Source of the DNA: a phage
Assembly: GCA_012441205.1 (NCBI GenBank)
Contig: GCA_012441205.1_4705.1
DNA length: 64,000 bases
Strand: one strand, 5' to 3'
Below, in pieces: positions 8,781 through 18,542 of this stretch. Position 1 is the stretch's first letter. Each line of letters opens with the position of its first letter. The notes beneath the pieces were generated by a model. It was given only the letters and a program-made list of their open reading frames with translations, made no database searches and had not been told where the DNA came from. Made by a program: the position numbers and the translations under genes.

Positions 8781-10271
8781 TTATTTTTTACTCGGACGAT
8801 TCAATGCGGGTACCGGGTTCTTTGGTTGCTTTGTCTTTTCATCCATCCAGTACGGGAAGTACTCACCAGTACGCATACGCAATAAGTCCATTGTGGACAG
8901 GAACGGCAGCGGGTTAGGATCGTCCAGATACGTCCAGTAACCACGCGTGTTTAACAATACATCCCAATCGAAACCTTTTGCTTTAAGATCGTCGTACAGT
9001 TCCTGTGGGGTGCAATACAGCTGTGGGTTTTCGTAAACCTCTTGACGCCAGAGATTATGCATTTGACACAGCTCCGACGTAATTTCCAGAGCACGCTGTA
9101 AATACTCATCCTCTTCGCAGAGAGAACGAATGGTCGTACGCTGCAACGCAACATCCGGATAAATATCCAAATATACCGTTGAAGCACCATCAGCTGACTT
9201 ACCACCTGACGCATGCATACCCCAACCACGCATCCAATCTTTATCACGCAGGTAGTGGTATTCCGTTAATGATGGTTTAACCCCTTCGCTCTGACTAACC
9301 ACAATCGGGAACGGTAAGCCGGTGGGTCCGTTTTTAGCGCGCATGTTAAAGACTTGAATCAACTGCAGATCGGTATCCCCGATAAGGTTGTCACCAGGCC
9401 CACGCGGATAAAGGACGCGTTTATCCGCGTTCTGAAGAATCGTCAGTTTATCGATTTTCCAGAGGTTATTCGTATAAAACGTGAAGCGTTCCGGGACGTT
9501 CTTAAACTTCTCATCGCCCTTAAACCCTTTCAGTTTTCGTACCGGTTGCTGTCCCGGCATACCACCAACGTTTACACCGTCACCAAGGTGGGCGGTCATG
9601 GTAATGTAGATACCCGCCGACGCTGTGAGTACTGGCATCTGTGATAGAATCTGGCTTTTCGCAGCTGCTGAACGCATCGCTTCAGCATTCAGTTTTGCGC
9701 CACCCGCGGTTTCTTTATCGAACAGTGCATCAACGGCATCGATTGGTAATCCAGAGAAACTGTCGATGAGTACAACGGTCGGCAACCACCAGGTATAGTT
9801 CTCACCGTGTTTATTAATAAACGGAACGGCTTTGCGTTGAGATTTATCTTTGACCTTGTCGTCACGGAATTTCTTAATCGCATCAAACCAAATGTTACCG
9901 CTCATCTGAACAGCATCGGTGATAAACACACGTTCTTCTTCGAAAAGATCGACACCTGCGATATTAGACATGTTCATCGCAAGCGTTAAGATACGTGTTG
10001 TCGTTAACGACATTTCTGTGTCGTAAACGCTACTATTGCTGTTTGCGTAACGATCGATAACGCGTAACAAGCGAAACATTATGAACGTGGTTTTGTTCAT
10101 GTTGCCGCGAGCGCCTGCGCCCTCAACAAGCATCATGCCGCCGTTACAAATGCTTTCACCGTGTTTACCGACATAGTACCGACCACCAGATGTGGGAATA
10201 TCCATTAAGCAACCAATGTTGAGATTAAAACGCATCTCTTCACCAGGAGAAAGGTACTTATTAAGATTCAT
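8781..10271 (-). CDS. hypothetical 496-aa protein, possible RecA-fold NTPase with atypical P-loop
   Basis: NGGMMLVEGAGARGNMNKTTF resembles RecA GG...hhhhEhxG....KTT, and TVVLIDSFSG resembles Walker B hhhhDS; P-loop is non-canonical. SD AAGGAG upstream. Confidence 0.3.
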   Translation of the reverse strand: MNLNKYLSPGEEMRFNLNIGCLMDIPTSGGRYYVGKHGESICNGGMMLVEGAGARGNMNKTTFIMFRLLRVIDRYANSNSSVYDTEMSLTTTRILTLAMNMSNIAGVDLFEEERVFITDAVQMSGNIWFDAIKKFRDDKVKDKSQRKAVPFINKHGENYTWWLPTVVLIDSFSGLPIDAVDALFDKETAGGAKLNAEAMRSAAAKSQILSQMPVLTASAGIYITMTAHLGDGVNVGGMPGQQPVRKLKGFKGDEKFKNVPERFTFYTNNLWKIDKLTILQNADKRVLYPRGPGDNLIGDTDLQLIQVFNMRAKNGPTGLPFPIVVSQSEGVKPSLTEYHYLRDKDWMRGWGMHASGGKSADGASTVYLDIYPDVALQRTTIRSLCEEDEYLQRALEITSELCQMHNLWRQEVYENPQLYCTPQELYDDLKAKGFDWDVLLNTRGYWTYLDDPNPLPFLSTMDLLRMRTGEYFPYWMDEKTKQPKNPVPALNRPSKK

Positions 10272-10370
10272 TGGGTAAAGACTCCTTCGATTCTTCGACT
10301 AATTCTTAGTGTTCAGAGAATAACTATTTTTTAGTTAAGACTGACAACCGCTATTTCCACGAGGACAATC

Positions 10371-11213
10371 ATGCATAAATTTACCATTCCTGAAGACCCG
10401 ATTACACTGCAGACCCTTTGGGATTCACATCGTGCTTTATCAATGGAAGGCTTTGCGCAAGACTTCGCTTCACTTACCGCAGTAACGAATCTTCGCAGTA
10501 TGTTTACCAACGGTAAGAAGTTTGTTACCGATTGGCTTAAGAAACGTGATGTGACGGTTTATCCTAAAGTTTTCGATGACCTCGATACGATTTTTAGCAA
10601 CAACGCTTACAGCGATCTCATTGGGTATCGTGCTTTTATTCCGAATGGTTTAAATGCGCCGATGTCAGATTATGTTGTTGCTTTAACTCAGAGCCTGGAT
10701 AGCGTGATTGGCACCATCCTACCTGATTTGGATAAGCTGACCGTAACGTGCGCTAAAGCCGTCAACGACGTTAACTTCCGTCGTAGTAGTGGTATGGCTC
10801 AAACGCTACCTAAAAACGATCCAGAGAACGTTCTAGAGACGTTACGTGCGATGTTCAAACAAGGGACGGTAACACAGACCACTGTAGGCCGTGCATATAA
10901 GAACGAAGATGATATTCGTCAGATCGGAAAAGATCTGGATGCTTCCCGTATCCGTGCGCTTGACGTTAATCCTAAAGACGTGAAGAAGGCAATCGAACGT
11001 TTCATGGAGGTAGCTGACCGTTTAACCGAAATCCTGGTTCAAGACTACAATGAAGGTGCGGTGAGCAACGCGATGATTCGCGATATTAGTGACGCTATCT
11101 ACCAAACAGCCAAGCAGGCTGAACTGTATGCGTTTCTCGTGAACGCTTTGGCTGAGGCGATCATCGCATATAACGACACTTGGGACGCCGTTAAAAAGAA
11201 CGCGAAAAAATAA
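10371..11213 (+). CDS. hypothetical protein
   Basis: 280-aa ORF, ATG preceded by GAGGA at 5 nt. Confidence 0.6.
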   Translation: MHKFTIPEDPITLQTLWDSHRALSMEGFAQDFASLTAVTNLRSMFTNGKKFVTDWLKKRDVTVYPKVFDDLDTIFSNNAYSDLIGYRAFIPNGLNAPMSDYVVALTQSLDSVIGTILPDLDKLTVTCAKAVNDVNFRRSSGMAQTLPKNDPENVLETLRAMFKQGTVTQTTVGRAYKNEDDIRQIGKDLDASRIRALDVNPKDVKKAIERFMEVADRLTEILVQDYNEGAVSNAMIRDISDAIYQTAKQAELYAFLVNALAEAIIAYNDTWDAVKKNAKK

Positions 11214-11221
11214 CATAATAA

Positions 11222-11257
11222 CCCACCCTACTACCCCGTTAAGGGCGGTAGGGTGGG
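11222..11257. terminator. nested hairpin element between convergent genes
   Basis: CCCACCCTAC-taCCCCgttaaGGGcg-GTAGGGTGGG between 10371..11213 (+) and 11265..11696 (-). Confidence 0.55.
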
Positions 11258-11264
11258 ATAAGGT

Positions 11265-11696
11265 TTATTTGCCGTATAGTTGTACCACTCGTTGTGTCGT
11301 AGGAACGCAGACTCTTACCAGAAGCTTTTTAATCTCCTGACGAATCGTTGCTTTATCATCATAATAAAGCCATGGCGGAACGCGTTGCATTATGCACTGC
11401 ACGGCTTCATCGTAGTTCGTCGTCTCATTAAGTAACGTCTCACTATCCAGATCTTTCCATGCAGTAATACCAAGTCGCGCAGCAAACATCAACGCTGAAA
11501 CCGACTCAGCTATCTCCAATCGCTCATTCATATCCGCAAGACCTTTTAGCATGATGTAATTATCGTCATGCTGGTGCAGGGTACCATACAAACTTCCGAA
11601 GAGAAGTATGCGTTTAGCTTTTGCGGTTAAGAGGAACGATAGGAGAGCGTGTTTCAACGGTTGTTTCTCACGTTCTACCTGTTCGACCATCACCAT
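11265..11696 (-). CDS. hypothetical protein
   Basis: 143-aa ORF. Confidence 0.5.
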   Translation of the reverse strand: MVMVEQVEREKQPLKHALLSFLLTAKAKRILLFGSLYGTLHQHDDNYIMLKGLADMNERLEIAESVSALMFAARLGITAWKDLDSETLLNETTNYDEAVQCIMQRVPPWLYYDDKATIRQEIKKLLVRVCVPTTQRVVQLYGK

Positions 11697-11699
11697 TGA

Positions 11700-13226
11700 T
11701 TACTCCAACACATAACGTGGGTTACTGTATATGTTAGCCCATATACCAACGTCGTCTCCCGACTCAATAATCACAGCGAAACGAAACGCAACATCAGACT
11801 CGCGATATGTTACCGCGTACGCTTTCGTTTCCGGTGATGCTAAATAGCTCAAGTTCAGACGTTGAGGCAGGTCTAACCCCAAGGACATGGTACAAGACGT
11901 AACGCCCTGCTTATCGGGGGTCAGTCTGTAATTCACGTCCACCTTCAAGCTTTTCGTAACCTGCGTAATCGCACTATGCACTTTGGTAACCGTTTTGCCT
12001 TTCTTATCCTTTTCTGTTTCGAAAAGAACGTCGGTAATTTCGGTTACGACTAGACGCGGTGTGGATTCGCGGTTAGCGTCAAGCCATTCATCCAGTAACG
12101 TCTTTAAGAAGTTCAAGGAATCAATCGCACGCCAAGCAAGGTTAGGCGGGTTGCACGCTTCCATTAAAATGGCTGTGTTGGATCCACCTAGCGGAAGATG
12201 CACGCTCTTACCGAGGCCTGTCGGACGCATCGTAAGATCGCACTCACCCTCAAGAATATCGCGATGATATTGACGATGATGAAGGTTATCCGTGTATGCG
12301 ATATACACTGACTCCGTTGTCCCATGCTCTAATACCCGAGATGCATGCGTACGCATAATCTCAACAGCATCATCCGGCTTGCTTAGATAGATAACACTGT
12401 ACGCACTATCGCTAATCCTTTTCCCTAACTCAAGACGTCCCTTGTTGTCTTTATCGGTGTTACCACCGAAATAGATGTAGCGGCCATCTTTCGCACGCTC
12501 TTGCTGCTGGTTGGTGGTAAAGTAGCAGCGTGAGAACGTAAAGAACGGGCTTATTTCCGGTTCGGGGCTCCAATACCCCTTAGCCGGAAGTTCGCGGCGT
12601 ATTTGGGTTCTTACAGCCCAGTCCTGGTTTTGTGATAGATATGTTCCACGCGTTGCCAACATATCCGCACGTTCGTTACCAACATTGCCCTCATGTCCAG
12701 GAACATAGCGCAGCGAAATATCGATAGCGTCGCGCTTCGCATCCCTTATCGCGCTATCGAGTTTCCGCCACCGTTCCGCATTCATTAACGGTTTATTGTC
12801 GGATTTAACCCAGTTGTTCTCTCGCCAATTAGCAAGATGGTTGGTGGCACCTACAACAACATATTGGCTGTCCGACAACAGCTGGATCCGTTTTGCCCCC
12901 TTTGCTTTTCCAAGTTCAATCGCACGTATTGCGGCATCCAACTCAGCCTGATTGTTCGTTACATTGAAACCCAAAGCCTCTAACTCATCCACGTATTCCT
13001 TGGGTTCGACCAGCACAGCGTCTTTAGGAAAGTCGAGTTTAGGGTCAACATAACCGTATTGCGTTGGTTTGGGCTTCCCACTTTTTGAAGGTTCCAAGGT
13101 GCCTTTTATTTCTTTCACCATATCGTAGGTGTAGCCATGCACGCCATAGCCACCATACCCACTCGATGTTGGACGGGATCCTCCATCACAGTAGAAAACG
13201 GCACCAAGCTCAGTATTTCCTGCCAT
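11700..13226 (-). CDS. RNase HI-domain protein fused to ~300-aa C-terminal domain of unknown function
   Basis: N-terminal FYCDGGS, GYGGYG, TNNQAELDAAIRAIE, LLSDSQYVV, GHEGNVGNERADMLA match the RNase HI D-E-D-H-D catalytic pattern; start placed at ATG 13226 (GAGG 6 nt upstream). Confidence 0.7.
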   Translation of the reverse strand: MAGNTELGAVFYCDGGSRPTSSGYGGYGVHGYTYDMVKEIKGTLEPSKSGKPKPTQYGYVDPKLDFPKDAVLVEPKEYVDELEALGFNVTNNQAELDAAIRAIELGKAKGAKRIQLLSDSQYVVVGATNHLANWRENNWVKSDNKPLMNAERWRKLDSAIRDAKRDAIDISLRYVPGHEGNVGNERADMLATRGTYLSQNQDWAVRTQIRRELPAKGYWSPEPEISPFFTFSRCYFTTNQQQERAKDGRYIYFGGNTDKDNKGRLELGKRISDSAYSVIYLSKPDDAVEIMRTHASRVLEHGTTESVYIAYTDNLHHRQYHRDILEGECDLTMRPTGLGKSVHLPLGGSNTAILMEACNPPNLAWRAIDSLNFLKTLLDEWLDANRESTPRLVVTEITDVLFETEKDKKGKTVTKVHSAITQVTKSLKVDVNYRLTPDKQGVTSCTMSLGLDLPQRLNLSYLASPETKAYAVTYRESDVAFRFAVIIESGDDVGIWANIYSNPRYVLE

Positions 13227-13276
13227 TGTAAACCTCATTAATCATTGTCCGTATGATAGCCCAAAGTTGTACGGTA

Positions 13277-13828
13277 TTACCGATTACCGTCAGTTGACGT
13301 TGGTTGATTGCGATCGATTTTCATTGACCGTAATTTTCCACCATTAGTTACACACTGATTGCGCTGTTCGACGGAGGCCAGACTGTTACAGACATAATAA
13401 GTATCGATAAAACGCTCAACGCGTTCTTGAAACTTCCTCCCGGCAACTTGCTCTTTTTCAAAAGTTCGTAATGCACGATCGACCTCACCTTGGAGAATCC
13501 GGTTCTGTTCAACCATACTGTCTATTAAACGGCCTCGCACTTCGTTCGATGTGTAGAGTTGATGAATCAGTTCTCGGTTGGTGTCTCGCGCATAACGCAA
13601 TGTTGCATTTTCCTGACGTAAACTACTCACGTCAGCCATCAAGGTAATGATTTTTTCGCCAGCGAATAACGTCACGATACCCAATACGATGAAAAAGCCC
13701 GTAATCAAGAATATCGAGGACTGTCGAGCTCCATCTCGACGATAGCGTGTGGGCGGTCGCTTACTTCGCCGAAACAACTCGCGAAGAAAAGGGAAAAGCC
13801 AGGGCAACGCCTTGAGTGTAGTAAACAT
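13277..13828 (-). CDS. membrane protein with one TM helix followed by coiled-coil (spanin-like or other membrane factor)
   Basis: Internal start MFTTLKALPW (AAGGA upstream); hydrophobic IFLITGFFIVLGIVTLFA then heptad-like charged region. Confidence 0.45.
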   Translation of the reverse strand: MFTTLKALPWLFPFLRELFRRSKRPPTRYRRDGARQSSIFLITGFFIVLGIVTLFAGEKIITLMADVSSLRQENATLRYARDTNRELIHQLYTSNEVRGRLIDSMVEQNRILQGEVDRALRTFEKEQVAGRKFQERVERFIDTYYVCNSLASVEQRNQCVTNGGKLRSMKIDRNQPTSTDGNR

Positions 13829-13882
13829 GCGTGTGTCCTTGATAGTATGAAATTTCCAATACAACTTAACCGAGGACGTCGA

Positions 13883-15223
13883 ATGATTAGTATTTTTGGT
13901 TTTTATACGTACAAAGGGTACGCTAATAACCACCCAAAAACCACGGCGAAATTCGGTGAGTTCAGTCAGCACAGTGCTACGTTCAGTCGCGAAATCGGCA
14001 TCTATACCAACACGGCGTACGCACGTACGACCTTATTAGTGTTGAATGCCGAAAACGAAGCTGGTGAAGCACAAACGCTGAATGACGACACCGCAGGCCG
14101 CATTCTTCAGGTTGGTCAATGGTTGCTGGAAAAAGCCTCATCAGGCGAAATCCAGGATGACCGAGACCAGGTTATCGGCTACCTAAAAGACGACTTCACA
14201 ACGTATCTGGATTCTATCGACATCCCAACACCCACCACCGATGGTACCGTCTATCTACCGGCGTGGATCAGTTTCAAGATAACCGCCACCGGCGATGTCG
14301 TCAAGATTTGGTTGTCTGATAGCGTATTCCAAAGTCAATATCCAAAATACGAATATGAAGTCGTTCCCCCTGTTCCTAAGGATCAGTTAGATACCTTCTT
14401 CGAAGATCTGGCAACATTGAAGAAACTGGTTGACAGTCGAAGCAGCGAGAAACTGACCGAAGAAATCAACGAGGTGCGCGACCAATTCCCAGACACACAA
14501 TTGTGGACGAAAACATATAAAGCGTACGATTACACCGACGATTCGAAATATATTAATACCGATTGGACGGTGATTATCTACGGTGCAGCAGGTAACAACA
14601 TTGATAATATCAAGGAGTTCCTGCAAAACTGGATTCTTAGCAATAGCACGCACGGACGTCCAGACTGGGAAATCGTTCTGCCGGATCTTTTTATTCCGAC
14701 GGAACACATCTTCATTCCAATCTGGAACCGCCACAGTGCGCCAGAAATGACCAATCAGGCACGTATCTATAGTCCTATATTCGATGATTCGTTGATGGAT
14801 ACCTACCTGAAAAACTTTGCTGATGGTTACGGCGAAACCGCCGAAGTCCGTAAATCGCTTCAAGCGGTGCCGACGTTGTGGCGCTCGATCGGTTTCTTAA
14901 GCGTTGGTAACTCACGTAACCGAGACGGTAAACTTAAGTTCTACGATCGTTGGCCGCAATACGCGCTCATCAGCACAACCAGCATCGATATTAACCGTAT
15001 CGATGATGCGACACGTGAATTCATCACGTTCACTTACGAAATGCTGAAACTGGCAGAATCGCTGACCGAAGACGACCCGGTACCGTTGGGTTATAGTCGT
15101 GTTACGCGTGGTAGCAATAGCTTCTTAGCGAAAAGCCACAACGATGTTCAGTATCTCTTCTTAACAAAAGAAGCGTTCCTGAAGAAAATGCCGGATGAAG
15201 CCGACACGCCTGTTGGAGGTTGA
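13883..15223 (+). CDS. hypothetical protein
   Basis: Track ORF 13847..15223; ATG at 13883 has GAGGA 6 nt upstream. Antisense ORF 14387..14863 judged spurious. Confidence 0.6.
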   Translation: MISIFGFYTYKGYANNHPKTTAKFGEFSQHSATFSREIGIYTNTAYARTTLLVLNAENEAGEAQTLNDDTAGRILQVGQWLLEKASSGEIQDDRDQVIGYLKDDFTTYLDSIDIPTPTTDGTVYLPAWISFKITATGDVVKIWLSDSVFQSQYPKYEYEVVPPVPKDQLDTFFEDLATLKKLVDSRSSEKLTEEINEVRDQFPDTQLWTKTYKAYDYTDDSKYINTDWTVIIYGAAGNNIDNIKEFLQNWILSNSTHGRPDWEIVLPDLFIPTEHIFIPIWNRHSAPEMTNQARIYSPIFDDSLMDTYLKNFADGYGETAEVRKSLQAVPTLWRSIGFLSVGNSRNRDGKLKFYDRWPQYALISTTSIDINRIDDATREFITFTYEMLKLAESLTEDDPVPLGYSRVTRGSNSFLAKSHNDVQYLFLTKEAFLKKMPDEADTPVGG

Positions 15224-15225
15224 TT

Positions 15226-15852
15226 ATGGCTGTAACACGCATGACGCCAAGTCCCGGTGCGGTCGGGGTATTCACAGTATCAGCGCCGTTTACCGTTGGT
15301 GCGTCAACGCTATATACCGTTACAGCGTTGCGAAGATTCAGCGAAGTCATCGGTAGTGGAATCGATCTATTTACGGAACTGTACGAACCGTTATCAATAG
15401 ACAAATCCACATTCGAAGCGCATCTCGAAGCGAATGCTTATCTCGTCACGTTGCAACCGGATTACGGTGCACCCGTACTGGTACCTGATACGTATATCAC
15501 GTCGTACCCAAAGAACGATTCATTGCGGTATCGTCGCATTATTCTGGGTATCGATTTCGGGCCTCTTCCTCCCGGTCTTGACCTTTCGTATTTAACAACG
15601 ATATTGAAAGGTAAGGCCAGTGATATTCTTGGTGTCGAACCTGAAGTTAAAACGATGGAAATCACTCTCGATGATACCGTTACTCAGGAACAACATCAGA
15701 TAAACGAAGCCCGTCGTCAGGCCGCGATAAAAGAGCGAGATACCATATACGCACGTTGTGAAACGCAAGAGAAGCAGATAACGGCTTTACTTGCAACCCA
15801 AAAGCAACTTATCAAATTGCTTCAAGACGCCGGTATCAATCCGACACCTTAA
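15226..15852 (+). CDS. hypothetical protein
   Basis: ATG at 15226 preceded by GGAGG; start overlaps stop of upstream gene. Confidence 0.55.
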   Translation: MAVTRMTPSPGAVGVFTVSAPFTVGASTLYTVTALRRFSEVIGSGIDLFTELYEPLSIDKSTFEAHLEANAYLVTLQPDYGAPVLVPDTYITSYPKNDSLRYRRIILGIDFGPLPPGLDLSYLTTILKGKASDILGVEPEVKTMEITLDDTVTQEQHQINEARRQAAIKERDTIYARCETQEKQITALLATQKQLIKLLQDAGINPTP

Positions 15853-15858
15853 CATATT

Positions 15859-15890
15859 CCCTCCTCCTTCCCTGTTGGGTTGGAGGAGGG
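15859..15890. terminator. nested hairpin element (reverse orientation) between convergent genes
   Basis: CCCTCCTCC-ttCCCtgttGGGtt-GGAGGAGGG; reverse complement is nearly identical to the copy at 43673. Confidence 0.55.
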
Positions 15891-15904
15891 TTATGCTGTC
15901 AAGC

Positions 15905-15920
15905 AAAAAAAAAAAAAAAA
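15905..15920. repeat. homopolymeric A16 tract
   Basis: 16 consecutive A between the hairpin and the stop of 15966..16667; reads as U16 on the minus-strand transcript. Confidence 0.8.
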
Positions 15921-15965
15921 TGATAGTCACAGGCTCTCCAATGAAGGAGAGCCGTGACCGTCAGT

Positions 15966-16667
15966 TTAAGATGCAGATAATCTCGCGTACTTCTGGCGAA
16001 CATGGTTCTTACGGCGAACTTCGTCGTCCTCGTCGCGCCATTCGAGGTAAGCAACGAATCGACGTAACTGCGCCGCCGTCATCGTTGACGAGCGGTCTTC
16101 TACGTCTAGAACAACGTAACGAACATCACCAACGCCATCGCAATCAACGTAACTGAATACCAAAAGGCCATCGCCGTACTCAACGATGGTAACTTCGAAT
16201 CGTTTATCGAACAAATAAAACAGTTCCGATTCAATGATCATCGGAATGACGCATAAATCAGCACGATTGAGGATTTCCATCATCACCCGTAACGCGCGAG
16301 GAGTATGGCGAGCGAACTGGTCGTTAAAACGTTGTTTCATCGCTTGTTCCACGCCATCTGTTTTTGTTCCAAACCACGGACGTACTACAGATTTCGGTGG
16401 TGTAAGACGAAAGCGATATGCTTGTATAAACAACAGAATATCAGCGACGTTAGGAAATTCTTCCTGGTCTTCGTATATCTTGCGGATAATATCCGGAATC
16501 GTAACCATCAAGTATTTCTTATCGCCTCCCACTTTCTCGAGATTAGCAATATGTCCTTCTACCACAGGCTGGTAAACGAAATTATACCAATGACGGTATC
16601 TTTCAGTACGTTGGTAGTTTGGGATAAAATTAAGAATAATACTCACTGCGCGTTTTAATGGGTTCAT
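15966..16667 (-). CDS. hypothetical protein
   Basis: 233-aa ORF, last gene of the minus-strand block starting at 18392. Confidence 0.55.
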   Translation of the reverse strand: MNPLKRAVSIILNFIPNYQRTERYRHWYNFVYQPVVEGHIANLEKVGGDKKYLMVTIPDIIRKIYEDQEEFPNVADILLFIQAYRFRLTPPKSVVRPWFGTKTDGVEQAMKQRFNDQFARHTPRALRVMMEILNRADLCVIPMIIESELFYLFDKRFEVTIVEYGDGLLVFSYVDCDGVGDVRYVVLDVEDRSSTMTAAQLRRFVAYLEWRDEDDEVRRKNHVRQKYARLSAS

Positions 16668-16681
16668 CGGAAGGATCCTTC

Positions 16682-17095
16682 TTATGTTTTAATATGCACA
16701 TCGTCAATCCCCTCGGTAATCCAGCCGATGGGAAGGACAATCGTTGTTATCCTGTTATGGGTGTAGTGGTTGAGAAAATGGAAATAGTAATTTTTGTTAG
16801 ACTGTTCGATCCGCAGGTCGAGATGCGCGTCTTCAGGTAACCGTAACCAAGCACCGTACAGTTCATTAAACTTACGCTGAATTTTACCGGGGTTCATTGG
16901 AACCCCACGACCACGACGATGTAGCTGACGTAATGATTCAATCAAACACTCAGAGATACCCGTTGTCGTTCCGTTATCGCTTGTATCAATAACGATGAAC
17001 TCTCGTGACCCACGACCGAGATAAAAGCCAGCGACAAAAGCTGCAGCAACAAAAATTATCGTACCGATACCAATATACCAATAGTAAGTATCCAT
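16682..17095 (-). CDS. N-terminally membrane-anchored protein
   Basis: Start MDTYYWYIGIGTIIFVAAAFVAGFYLG (GTGAGG upstream) gives one N-terminal TM helix then a globular domain. Confidence 0.5.
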   Translation of the reverse strand: MDTYYWYIGIGTIIFVAAAFVAGFYLGRGSREFIVIDTSDNGTTTGISECLIESLRQLHRRGRGVPMNPGKIQRKFNELYGAWLRLPEDAHLDLRIEQSNKNYYFHFLNHYTHNRITTIVLPIGWITEGIDDVHIKT

Positions 17096-17106
17096 AACGA
17101 CCTCAC

Positions 17107-17634
17107 TTATACCCAATAGTCGGCAAGCGGTTTTACCTTATTAATGGGCAACTGTACTTTACCGATGTTCTCTACATCCGCATCAGCGTAGAGAACAATT
17201 TTATCACCGTCTCTTTCCCAACGAATAATGAATCGACCAGGAAGAAGATTACTCTGTTCAAGAGACGCAGTAACCTGTTGTGTTAAAACAGACAACCAAG
17301 CAGGCATCAGTGTTGCAACATCTAAGTCATTTGACCATTCAGCGCGTTGCTCCACTGGACGTAACATACGTTCGACGGTGCGTTGAACTGTTGCGGTGAT
17401 ATAGCCTTTATCTTCGTCACTGATTGGATCAGGACGAGACACAAAACGTTCAGCAGGCTTGTGGGTAATATATTCATGCAAATCGATGAGTGGTGTTGTC
17501 ATAGTACTCGCTCCATCAGAATGTAATTGGGTAACCCGTAGGGTTGTCTGCATGCTATTCAGCAGCGCAAAAGCGCCATAAACAACAACGATACCAAGTA
17601 TAGCCAAAACAGAAATCATTAACGTGTATTGCAT
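17107..17634 (-). CDS. N-terminally membrane-anchored protein
   Basis: Start MQYTLMISVLAILGIVVVYGAFALL (GGGGAG upstream); single N-terminal TM helix. Confidence 0.5.
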   Translation of the reverse strand: MQYTLMISVLAILGIVVVYGAFALLNSMQTTLRVTQLHSDGASTMTTPLIDLHEYITHKPAERFVSRPDPISDEDKGYITATVQRTVERMLRPVEQRAEWSNDLDVATLMPAWLSVLTQQVTASLEQSNLLPGRFIIRWERDGDKIVLYADADVENIGKVQLPINKVKPLADYWV

Positions 17635-17682
17635 TGTCATCTCCCCTACATACGCATCTTGAAGATCGGTTAAAAACAACAA

Positions 17683-17732
17683 AAGAAAAAACGATATAAA
17701 GCAAGGTCCTCTGATATCAGAGGACCTTGGAT
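17683..17732 (-). terminator. rho-independent terminator candidate (perfect palindrome plus T-run on minus strand)
   Basis: AGGTCCTCTGA-tat-CAGAGGACCT followed on the minus strand by CGTTTTTTCTTTTGTTGTTT, just after the stop of 17736..18392. Confidence 0.6.
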
Positions 17733-17735
17733 CAA

Positions 17736-18392
17736 TTAGCTTGCAGCTTCTTCATTTGTATCAGGTTTGCTTCCCCCTAACAAACCGTCAAACAGACCCG
17801 TATGTTTCAGGTAGAAGAGAGCGATAGCGCCCATTGCTGCTGCGCTCGTCGCCGTTAACGCAACCCCGGCACGATACTGCCATTTACGGTCAGGCTTTTG
17901 ATCAAGAGCCATACGACGCATGTATTCAGCCTCTGCTTCATTCCGATGAATTTCGGATTCAGCCAAGCGGGCTAAGGTATCGCGGTCAAGGTTATCATAA
18001 CGTACGTTCATGGTGGTTTCCTCTTGTTTGGAAGTTGATTGCTTAGTGGATTCTTGGTCAACAGTCGTTTCAGATGGTTCAAACGGCTGGTTGTTCATTT
18101 TCTGATCTTTATTGGTCATGATAGACTCCTTCGATTTTTGAGACGAAATTGATTTAAACCATCGTGGATGGCGGTATTCAGTTTTACATGTGCAGTTAAG
18201 TTTCTCGTGCAGGAAAGCGTAAAAACGTTTTGCGCCTACACGTAAGGCTTTCAGCATTACCCATCCACGAGCACTCAAACGGTGTAGCTGTTGCGGTATG
18301 TCGAGTTTCCTAGCCAAGCGAAAGTATCTTTCAATCACTTCGATAGGAAACCATTGTTGTTCCACATCGGTGAGACTGAAAGTCTTATCCAT
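17736..18392 (-). CDS. tail-anchored membrane protein (basic N-terminal domain, acidic middle, C-terminal TM helix)
   Basis: C-terminal ALTATSAAAMGAIALFYL hydrophobic segment; first gene after promoter-like motif at 18418. Confidence 0.5.
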   Translation of the reverse strand: MDKTFSLTDVEQQWFPIEVIERYFRLARKLDIPQQLHRLSARGWVMLKALRVGAKRFYAFLHEKLNCTCKTEYRHPRWFKSISSQKSKESIMTNKDQKMNNQPFEPSETTVDQESTKQSTSKQEETTMNVRYDNLDRDTLARLAESEIHRNEAEAEYMRRMALDQKPDRKWQYRAGVALTATSAAAMGAIALFYLKHTGLFDGLLGGSKPDTNEEAAS

Positions 18393-18417
18393 GATTGAAA
18401 TCTCGCTGGCTTACTTC

Positions 18418-18438
18418 ACTTAAGTAATATAGCCGTGA
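18418..18438 (-). promoter_or_regulatory. promoter-like motif (TTAAGTAATATAGCCGTGAAA on + strand; TATATTAC core on minus strand)
   Basis: About 30 bp upstream of minus-strand gene 17736..18392; same family as 5298, 31018, 59181. Confidence 0.45.
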
Positions 18439-18542
18439 AAAATGTTGGATTAAGTTAAATACCGCAACCGCAGCTAATTTTATAGGCTTTTAGCCTAAAC
18501 CAATCATCTTCGGAATCATCATCTTTGAAACAGGAATCTATC

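Noticed and set aside
14387-14863. 158-aa minus-strand ORF
   Set aside because: It is fully embedded antisense within CDS 13883..15223 and has no RBS; likely spurious.
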